From: Candidatus Thorarchaeota archaeon SMTZ1-45
GTDB lineage: Archaea > Asgardarchaeota > Thorarchaeia > Thorarchaeales > Thorarchaeaceae
Assembly (NCBI GenBank): GCA_001563335.1
Contig: LRSL01000066.1
Span: 1-24,917, forward strand
Direction of reading: 5' to 3'
DNA: 24,917 nt
The notes beneath the pieces were generated by a model. That model searched no databases. It saw only the letters and a program-made list of their open reading frames with translations, and was not told the DNA's origin. Positions 16,901 to 21,507 of this stretch are shown here, piece after piece; position 1 is the stretch's first letter, and each line of letters starts with the position of its first letter. Both the position numbers and the translations under genes were made by a program.

Positions 16901-18968
16901 TTTCCCAAACAATTTCACTGATACATGGAATGGACCTGGAGATGCTCTCCAGCAATACCTTGTTACTGATGCATTAGATAGCTTGTATGGAATAACAGAA
17001 TTTGACACTCTGATAATTGAGGTGTTCTGGACAGATGCTCCAATAATTAATGTTGAATTTGCTTCTACTAGCGATAGGGATGGACGCACAAACCTCGGGA
17101 CTGTGATCTTTGTCTATTTCCATTGTGTGTGGTTGGAGAATTCGAGTGATGTTGACGCGGGACTCCTGTATGTGAATGATGATCCATATACCATCAACGG
17201 AACAGGATGGGTAGTAATTACCGATTCTAGTTTGGTTGTCGTTCGCCATTGGTGGAATGTAACTAGCGTTGATGCATATGGAGTTAAACTTCTGAAAACG
17301 CCAGCTCCTAAATTGAGTATGATTTGGGACCGAATTGTCGTACAGAGCACTGTAGTAGACGATGCAAGGGTTGACGTATCTTCCAATGCCGAGATTCGAG
17401 TTACATTATTGCTGGAGTACGACAACACGTTCTTTGGAGCTGGCGACTCTGTTATCCTCAATGGCACTGCAATGGCCTGGGATGGTGTGAACTCTTGGTT
17501 TGAACTGACAGTGAGTCACTCTTCTGTTGGTTCATGGACTTACTTTGTGAACTCAAGTTTGGAAACAACCTATGGAATCAGTTTGTTAGACCTAAATGGA
17601 AACAGTGTTAGTGTGATTTGGGACAGGCTGCAGGTCCAGTCATATTCTGTTGGTGATTCTCGGGTCAATATTGGTGATAGTGTATATATTGATGTTTCAC
17701 TAATCTATGACTATGACGATACACCAGTTTCAGATGGAACCATCACTGTGAATGGAATAACAGCAACCCATCAAGGGGCTGGTGTTTGGAGATTTACTGA
17801 CTCTGAAGTTGTAGTTGTGATGAACACCTATAACCTAGTAGCCAGTGTTGGAAATATTTATGGGCTAACCACTGTGGACCAAAACTCTCAATCAGTGATT
17901 TTGATCTGGGATAGATTTGATGTCTATTGGAGTGAAAGAGAAATCCGACGATACGATCTAGGTTCTTCTGTGCAAGTAAAATTCCGAGTGAGATATTCTT
18001 TTGATGAAGTACCATTTACTGACAGCAATGGTAGATTATGGATTAATGATATGGAAGCTTCATTCGATTCGTTTAATCAATATTGGTTTGTTTCAGTATC
18101 CAGTAATGAATCAGCGGAACTTACATTCAATGTGACCAGTATAGATGATGAAACAACAAATGTTCGCGAGATAATTCAAGATAACGATGATGTTGTCACT
18201 TTGATATTTGATACTGTTATCGTTACGTCAGCTGGAGTACGCTTTTGGGATATTGAAACTAATTTACCGAGAGAGGTACCAGCACCAGACACAGTAGATG
18301 TACCAATAGGTAGTAGTGTTATAATTTATTTCGAACTTCGCTATGAAACAGATGAAAGAGCCATTACAAATCCGAATACTGAAGTCTTCATTAATGGTGA
18401 AAGAGCGACATTTAATATCAATACACAGAGATGGGAATGTGTCTTTAATGGTTCTAGCATTGGTGTTGTTAATTATACTATTAGTAAGTTCCTAGACGAA
18501 TATGGACTGACTCAAGTTCAACATGGAACTAAAATACCTAAGGTTGAATGGTACATTCAACCCATCGAAATCCCACCAGAAATTCTTTACATTAGTCTCG
18601 TTGCGGTAGCTGGTTTAACTGCTGGAATACTCGTTAGGAGATCAAAGAAACGAGTGACTGCACTTGAACATGCTCTTACACCTGAAGAACTACTCTCGAT
18701 AGAAGAAGTTGGCATTTCTAGTTCCATGAGAGAAGAAATGGTCACTCAACTTGAGTGGTTACGAAACCTATCTGAAGAGATACCATATATGGGTACTGAC
18801 ATTTTAAGAGTTCTAAATGAAGAAATCTTGAAAGCCAAATTAATGTACACAAAGGCATTTGAATTGGAGCCTCCAACTGAGCATGCAGGCAAGCAACTAA
18901 AAGAGCTGCTACTCGAGCGGATTGATGATATTCTAGAATTAATTGACAAAGAGATGGCACGTCGATAA
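4944..18968 (+). CDS. Giant repetitive single-pass cell-surface (glyco)protein, adhesin-like; main body, 4674 aa
   Basis: 14-kb uninterrupted ORF with ~40 beta-rich repeats of ~83-100 aa delimited by (I/V)WD. Three larger modules contain DDxxxMYA (Met at 4944, 8676, 14202). N-x-S/T sequons are abundant. TM helix at 18582-18635, then RRSKKR and a ~110-aa tail. No signal peptide of its own. Confidence 0.9.
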   Translation: MYARARDYLITANVSDQDGYTDIQNVRFSLYSNDRLSLYWTVEYDEDTDSFSEYEDPSDYITLDAISSGALRLGNDIDITFHITIEWNHPDVSNTDVECIVIDSKVENSTAWFEVNWNIETRLDVTGINADDNLGTVDRGDLDSQFFISGTVTYYGSILNPPTNEVDVWVSSSEYGTNIGPWIDSTLESGVFNASCFSDNEVGIDTLTVKVVEKGAGFGGTDLLYTSIVDTYIADRIEFYDSGVDDSRIDVDTMGLTLWSTRYQYDSLSITSGLSATLNGSKGLSWNGSHWIFQESKSTVQAVGYSIESAYETTHGLSIWTQTSANTTIIWDRIRILTTTTQDGRINHGTSADIRVTAELEYDGHLLGSGDTLYMNDTVMTWVSSYFQLQPQFSKVGLWIFYVNASGAIEITFGITAVFIDGNQIDQIWDRILIVTTTATDARIDYGTSTTVNATAQLEYDGTPLGSGDTLYMNNTAMIWDVDHFYLQTGVYSMVGLLNYFMNASGALETTFGISVMQSNPISASVIWDRILIISTSSQDSRIDSGVSADIRVTAILEYDSHSLGLGDTLFMNNTMMNWVGPYFRFQPQFTQVGLWRFYVNSSGALETTYQITAINLAGFYVDQIWDRIVILTTNTQDARIDFGTSADIRVTAELEYDGHLLGLGDTLFMNDTAMTWVSSYFRLQPQFSMVGSWLFFVNSSNVYEATYGISAVYLNGNSVSQIWDRIQFYQSGVVDNHIDVDATGVVYWNARYEYDGIEITGAILTASLNGSKALVWSSVNLRWEYSEAKSLVQLIGYRIDSASETTYGLSSWIQTAASRSIIWDEIEFYLSGVADNRININTIGTTWWKARYAYDNTDITSGLTALLNGTKALTWNGGSTWWEYGEVLSIVQSMGYGLVSASETLYGLTRFNQLAGNTSIIWDKITVQSTSVDINHLDVGALAQIRVTLWLEYDHTFLSSGDSVFTNDTAMTWDEGNGWFGLDVAFGAVGKWTFFVNSTLESTYGISELDLNSLSVDVIWDRILILSISVDDSRVNVGDTVELNITAKLEYTGNGDHYLGLGDTLYMNGVAMTWSIPNNCFVYSTSQSSVGLWKYYVNSSNAYETDYGISVVNLDLNIQGVIWDQLVIDIQADVEYLLNGYQANFTLSVIFDYDNGVCTTYGVSIARNNTDWFTFTYLNRTLFNDTNSDSSYLYNASSVLYETLYDVTLFITNTEAVNWTDYIPIVPVNEAPPNLINPDDTDNMYARLRYYIITSNVSDSNGFEDIRYVSLLLFSDDRGTNYWTVTFITTNSSFSIKNGSSYISLGPCTFEHADTWLNITWYIKISWNHPVLLDVDTKQFVSNTFTTASDWYESDWDIETRLDYSELPYLSSERGDVDTNDLVAEGAITYYASTLYPLTNETDFWIIHDVSGSWSGEVNGLGDLTITGIGSSSLVRMNTYTFKIVAQGDGPTGTDLYYDTSPTDTFITDQIEFYISGVNDGRIDVGATGTTYWVSRYDYDDVAISSGLTAFLTGSKALSWNGTHWVYSEIRPGVELQQYGILSASETLYGLTAWIQTTSDASIIWDRILITSTTANDNRVNINSNVELYVTAQLEYDGHLLGSLDTLYMDGVQMTWDGGELRFELVRSQISVGSWRYFVNASNGLESTYGITVVNQDGLYQDIIWDRITVQMTLADDNRININDIVQIRVTLMLEYDSTYLGSGDSVFLADQAMSWDAVNSWFELDVSKSSVGLWTYFVNSSTMSTYEITELFLNGMEVDVIWDRIRILTTSAADGRIDYGSSTTISVTAELEYDGHFLGAGDVLYLNDTQMVWSTDHFELVTGSNSIVGLLSYFVNSSNALESTYGITFVNRNSQASGVIWDRIRIITTTTQDGRIDYGSAADIRVTAFLEYDSHILGSGDILYMDDSVMIWVSSYFQYQPIRNEVGLWRYFVNSSNALEATYGISVVNLDGKTIDQIWDKILILTTSTQDGRINFDTQADIRVTAQLEFDGHMLGVDDTLYLDDTQMTWVGPFFQLQPQYAQVGKWVFFVNSSNAYEDTYGISYINLAGHDIEQIWDRIQISTTVANDNRVDLGTIVTISVTAQLEYDGHILTGSDTLYLDDIQLNWNTDHFEYQTSKLSVGRWRYYVNSTLANEVTYGITSMNPTVSWTDVVWDRILILSTTTLDDHIDYGSSAIISVTAVLEYDNHPLGAADALYMDNTGMTWNTDHFEYLPSKSEIGLWRYFVNSSNALENTYEITLLNVNSNYQDVIWDRIEFYQSGVVDGRIDVNTIGETWWRARYQYDGVEIDNTKGFSAVLNGSKILAWDGVAARWRYQESSVSVQSIGYGILSASESVHGLTQWIATASDSSIIWDQILVVSYSADDSRININTASSCHVTLIFDFDDSFVSDGTISINVLGAVYSGSNGVWNFGDTKNTAQLVTYNSVAASANVHGITSVNQNSQTLGVIWDSLTITITVLDTRINIGTVASVVPTAIYDYDSTAYDGTLQLNDTIFQQATPGARGYTVVTASGDTHGISAIRQNMEVSCIWDSLIVTITVGDSRINVGDTASVSATAIYAFDSTPFDGTLTLNDTILQQGSVGDRAYTVDSASGDTYGITVISSNSVKVVVWDRLRLFSYSVTDSRCDLGSIQEVTAFIIREYDNVVFTGTMGAVFLNGSAMAWDSVDLVWTQLRTSGIVRKLTFSVSAITDTQYGISAIRDELPKPSIIWDALSISIVVADNRINIGDTASINPEAAYLYDGASYDGTLILNDTVFMYLSAQRHGYNVSSAVGDDSYGITVIEINDEVFCIWDSLTIQITGPSDQRIDVNTNASGIVVSATYDYDSAIYDGSLVLNNSVFSYSPAQKQGYTVLFASGDDSYGITAIRQNAETYCIWDSLTITITDPLDQRINIGENASGIVVSAIYDFDGLPYDGTLVLNDTQFVYPTVGKRGYEVLIANGDDGHGITAISIHDDTFCIWDQLRIDILVDGASLYNGQQANFTLTITYDYDSTFCTTYEVVISRNKTVWHTFTDSNKSLFNEINSDVSYYYNASFINYETQYGITAFFTTTQKVTWSEAPNQVPTNDTDFLSMLENPDDTDNMYAMYRFYVMTTNVSDGNGFDMIEYVEVSLYDNFRSQVVWTVRYTVATDTFTIQQGSGSIVLASWSSAVGVGNQLEIKWVIKISWDHLDLADIDIKQFVTDGIDTDEDFYEVNWDVETRLDYSSVPSLSDDRGDVTTANLVATGSVIYLGSTHSPLANETDIWVLHDISGTWSGNLVADSFSISSVGSSTSVRMNTYTFKIVIEGTGAGGTDLYHSTSVTDTFITDRIEVYQAGVVDSRINTNVDCEVWWRARFEYDSVEIQGGLTIELNGSRTLIWDAGDLYWRWQETSSSPTSAGFDVVSASESTYGLSELSVTTSVQQVIWDALIITITDPIDQRINIGENATGIVVSAVYAYDGAAFDGTLTLNNTVFSYATAQKQDYTVQFLSGDTYGITAIQSNDITWCIWDSLTITITDAADQRQNVNTNATGIFASAIYDYDGSIFDGTLTLNNTVFSYATAQRQDYTVQSVSGGDHGITAISSNAVTYYIWDSLTITITDPSDQRININTAATGIVISAVYDYDGAVFDGTLGLNNTQLIYATAQIQWYTVASANGDSHGISTINTNDVTWCIWDQIVVLSYQASDPRDNVGDYIWVDVNLQYDYDDTPVMDGSVTINGFVFQHINSGVWRHNQTELSVSDISFDTVSCSGNVHGIQEVDQNSQSQLVIWDMLTVTITVDDRRIDVGTSALLQVSATYDYDGSLFDGILTLNDTLLMHQEVGRWNYTVLSVSGDSYGISLIGSNDEDYVIWDRLLVISYSIDMDDSRINVDDIQNVYVEIIYDYDSVIFQGIFGFVYMNGTAMTWDPGNQYWYRSYSYSTPVGYSFQVSGITDLIHGLSAISEQVSPKFIIWDKLNVVIEANTTIAYFGDIVSFTVTATRQYDNSRVGMLTVETLRNGTLLFPNNFTDTWNGPGDALQQYLVTDALDSLYGITEFDTLIIEVFWTDAPIINVEFASTSDRDGRTNLGTVIFVYFHCVWLENSSDVDAGLLYVNDDPYTINGTGWVVITDSSLVVVRHWWNVTSVDAYGVKLLKTPAPKLSMIWDRIVVQSTVVDDARVDVSSNAEIRVTLLLEYDNTFFGAGDSVILNGTAMAWDGVNSWFELTVSHSSVGSWTYFVNSSLETTYGISLLDLNGNSVSVIWDRLQVQSYSVGDSRVNIGDSVYIDVSLIYDYDDTPVSDGTITVNGITATHQGAGVWRFTDSEVVVVMNTYNLVASVGNIYGLTTVDQNSQSVILIWDRFDVYWSEREIRRYDLGSSVQVKFRVRYSFDEVPFTDSNGRLWINDMEASFDSFNQYWFVSVSSNESAELTFNVTSIDDETTNVREIIQDNDDVVTLIFDTVIVTSAGVRFWDIETNLPREVPAPDTVDVPIGSSVIIYFELRYETDERAITNPNTEVFINGERATFNINTQRWECVFNGSSIGVVNYTISKFLDEYGLTQVQHGTKIPKVEWYIQPIEIPPEILYISLVAVAGLTAGILVRRSKKRVTALEHALTPEELLSIEEVGISSSMREEMVTQLEWLRNLSEEIPYMGTDILRVLNEEILKAKLMYTKAFELEPPTEHAGKQLKELLLERIDDILELIDKEMARR
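5640..18560 (+). repeat. Intragenic array of ~40 degenerate IWD repeats in several subtypes
   Basis: Consensus WD-x(8-12)-DxR(I/V)(D/N)...(E/D)YD...(L/M)N(D/G)(T/S)...(Y/H)GI. DNA-level similarity between segments starting at 5988 and 6873. An identical 26-mer occurs at 10446-10471 and 10740-10765. Three 249-bp units span 15171-15917. Confidence 0.9.
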
Positions 18969-18982
18969 TAGTAATGTGGATT

Positions 18983-20029
18983 CTATTCGACTTCAGGTTC
19001 TGTCACTGCTAAATCTCGAAAAGTTTTTGCGAGGAGAAAGTCAGCCTCCTGCCGATCTTTATGATTTAAAACCTCTCCACGCCATTGTTCAGGTGGACAA
19101 ATCTCAATGAATCCTTTTAGGAAATTACTTAGCGAAATCCTCGCTCTGAAGTTTTCCTTTTCGGCAATCAGAGCGCCCATATATTCTCCTTCATGTTCCA
19201 TCATGATTGTCTTTCCCTCATGAGCTAGAGATCTTATCCGACCAGCATCTGGAAAAATCTCTCGTCCAACTGAAGTGACTGCAGATAATAAACCATAAAC
19301 AAGGATATTGGATTCCAGTAATTCATCACTGAAATCATATGTATAGACAGGTAAGCCATCCTTTGGCTTCATAACGACAAGACGATATAGCTTCACTGGA
19401 ACCACAATTGGCTTTCGTGCGAGCTCCATATCCATAAGCCTAGCAAAGACTCCTGGAATCTCTTCAAGACTTTCTTCTAATTCTATTTCCTCTGATGCAT
19501 CCATTTTCCATTCAAGGTCTGGTTTCCCTAGACCCTGAACTTCTGCTATCTCTCGATTGATTACTTTTACAACACCTGTGAGTTTGTTCTCAAGTGCTAA
19601 AGCTTTTGCTCTCAATAAATCATGCTTGGCGCCAACAATGTCTTTTGCAGTTCTCTTTAGAATAGCCCTCAGCAGTAGTGCCTCAACCATCCCAGGACCA
19701 AGACTTTGTTCTTCTGCAATCTGAGCAAGATTCTCAGAGTAGTTCAAGGCAGCTTTGTAGTCTTTTTCTTCACCATGAATCTGAAAGCGTTTCAAATGAA
19801 CTGAAGCGAGTTGAACTTGTGATTTTATGACATAGTCAAACATGTCACCCTCAACAGCTAAATTAAGAGCGTTTTCAAGAAGTTTGATTGCATCGTCTAG
19901 ATTCATTCTCTGATGCAATAAAACTCCCCTAGTATAGCTCATAATGACATTCCCTGCATCGAAGGCTTTTTCGCCTTCACTCTTATCGAAAAGAGAGCTG
20001 CGGGTTTCATCAGTCACGAGCTTTGTCAC
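18983..20029 (-). CDS. TPR-repeat protein with C-terminal longin-like domain
   Basis: The N-terminal part is TPR-like (LDDAIKLLENALNLA; YKAALNYSENLAQIAEEQ; AKHDLLRAKALA). The C-terminal ~130 aa show a longin/profilin-type pattern (LVVM..DGLPVYTYDF...LVYGLLSAVTSVGREIF...IRSLAHEGKTIMME...MGALIA...LSNFLKGF). GTG start, with a TATA-like CTATAAAA ~31 nt upstream. Confidence 0.75.
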   Translation of the reverse strand: MTKLVTDETRSSLFDKSEGEKAFDAGNVIMSYTRGVLLHQRMNLDDAIKLLENALNLAVEGDMFDYVIKSQVQLASVHLKRFQIHGEEKDYKAALNYSENLAQIAEEQSLGPGMVEALLLRAILKRTAKDIVGAKHDLLRAKALALENKLTGVVKVINREIAEVQGLGKPDLEWKMDASEEIELEESLEEIPGVFARLMDMELARKPIVVPVKLYRLVVMKPKDGLPVYTYDFSDELLESNILVYGLLSAVTSVGREIFPDAGRIRSLAHEGKTIMMEHEGEYMGALIAEKENFRARISLSNFLKGFIEICPPEQWRGEVLNHKDRQEADFLLAKTFRDLAVTEPEVE

Positions 20030-20189
20030 TCCGATATAATTCTGATACTCCTACTTCATTTTTATAGAAATAAGTATTTCAAAAAGTTATTCCAGATTGA
20101 TTTGTGCATATTGAATTAGTATGTTTGCCTTTTAACTATTGGATTTCTAAATAAAACCGTCAAGATTATCCAAGACTTATGAGTTTCCT

Positions 20190-20202
20190 GTGAGTGACTC
20201 AC
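20190..20202. promoter_or_regulatory. 13-bp palindrome GTGAGT-G-ACTCAC, possible operator
   Basis: Perfect 6-bp arms in the AT-rich spacer between the permease and TPR-longin genes. Short enough to be chance. Confidence 0.25.
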
Positions 20203-20250
20203 TATACGTTTGCAATAAGATATTGATGATTTTCTACTAGACATGTTAAT

Positions 20251-21312
20251 CTATCCATATTTAATCCGGGGATCTAAAACCCCATAGAGCATGTCTGCAA
20301 CAAAATTCGCTAGAATTGTTACTATGGCGATTATCAAGAAGATCGCCTGAACAACAGGAAAATCGAGTGCTATCAAACTTTCAAAGATAAATCGACCAAG
20401 ACCACGCCATGAAAAGACAGTTTCTATCAGGACAGTTCCAGTAATTAGACCACTAAGAGTCAATGCAATTGCAGTAACCATTGGTAGCATAGCATTCTTT
20501 AATCCATGCTTGTATAACACCTGGTTCTCATCTAATCCCTTTGCGCGGGCTGTCAGAATATAATCCTCGGTCATGACAGTTACAAGATTATTTCGCATAT
20601 AGAGAAACCAATATCCGAAAGCTCCAATCGCCAAAGTCATCATTGGAAGAACAAGATGAAACAGAACATCAGCAGCCACCATCAATGCTCCGAGAGGATG
20701 TATCCTGGCAACTTCCCAGACCTCATAGCTGATAGTACCAAACTGAGGGAACCCGATGGCAACGCCAAAAGTCGCTTCAGTCCATGCAGGAAGCATGTAG
20801 CCAAAGAGCATGAGAAGTACCATTCCTATCCAAAAGTAAGGCAATGCGTAGAAGAACAAGGTTAGAGTAATTGCTCCAATGTCTTTCCTTGAACCAGGAT
20901 TTGAAGCAACCTTAATACCAGTCCACATTCCCAGAAGAATAGATACCATGGATGCTGTACCCATCAGTAGGAGTGTATTGGGGAGACGCTCAACGATGCT
21001 TTCCATCACAGGTCGCTTACTCAGAAATGAAATTCCGAAGTTCCCTGTGAACATACTGACAACGTAACGCCAGAACATATAGATCCAGTCGAATATATCA
21101 GGATTCATAACAAGTCCGAAGTTTGCATACATCTGCTCTAACAGGTCTTGAGTCAAGTTACGCCGAAGCTCATCACTTAGCATCAGACTGATTGGATTAG
21201 CACCGAACAGAATGGTCGGGAGTCGAAACAAGAAGAAGTTGAAACAAATTACAGCTATTATCAGCATAAACATGTAAATGCATCTTCGTATCACATATTC
21301 TCGAAGACCCAA
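20251..21312 (-). CDS. dppB: ABC peptide/nickel transporter permease, DppB/OppB family
   Basis: YVIRR N-terminus, GNFGISF, ERLPNTLLL, HLVLP, EAA loop EDYILTARAKGL, IETVFSWRGLG, C-terminal LYGVLDPRIKYG. The likely start is TTG at 21312 (MGLREY), preceded by SD-like GGAGATGA, rather than 21351. Confidence 0.92.
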   Translation of the reverse strand: MGLREYVIRRCIYMFMLIIAVICFNFFLFRLPTILFGANPISLMLSDELRRNLTQDLLEQMYANFGLVMNPDIFDWIYMFWRYVVSMFTGNFGISFLSKRPVMESIVERLPNTLLLMGTASMVSILLGMWTGIKVASNPGSRKDIGAITLTLFFYALPYFWIGMVLLMLFGYMLPAWTEATFGVAIGFPQFGTISYEVWEVARIHPLGALMVAADVLFHLVLPMMTLAIGAFGYWFLYMRNNLVTVMTEDYILTARAKGLDENQVLYKHGLKNAMLPMVTAIALTLSGLITGTVLIETVFSWRGLGRFIFESLIALDFPVVQAIFLIIAIVTILANFVADMLYGVLDPRIKYG

Positions 21313-21445
21313 TACTTCATCTCCCCTATGAAACGAAATACCTAGTATCACTATATAGATTAACTCTTTAAAAATGTATCAATTCATGTAACTGATGTTT
21401 GATTTGTTTCAATACTAGATTAAAAATACCTGATATGCAAAAATC

Positions 21446-21507
21446 AACCGACTAGCTTATCTAAAACTTCTACCTATGGCATCCATTGCGTGTGAGAGGT
21501 CAGGAGG
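21446..21507 (+). promoter_or_regulatory. Conserved promoter/leader module, copy 1 (BRE/TATA-like + SD-like)
   Basis: AACCGACTAGCTTATCTAAAAC (21446-21467) is identical to 24582-24603. It is followed by TGCGTGTGAGAGGTCAGGAG just before the start codon. Confidence 0.7.

Noticed and set aside
5640-18560. CRISPR array or DGR template/variable repeat pair
   Set aside because: The repeats are in-frame coding units that differ mostly at synonymous positions, with no spacer structure or evident adenine-specific pattern. There is no RT or cas gene in the window.
20196-20206. GACTCACTATA, an 11-nt match to the T7 promoter core
   Set aside because: The flanking TAATAC and G are absent and there is no vector context; a chance match.
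21313-21351. Longer start for the permease at 21351
   Set aside because: Family-like sequence begins at (M)GLREYVIRR, and an SD-like GGAGATGA precedes TTG21312.
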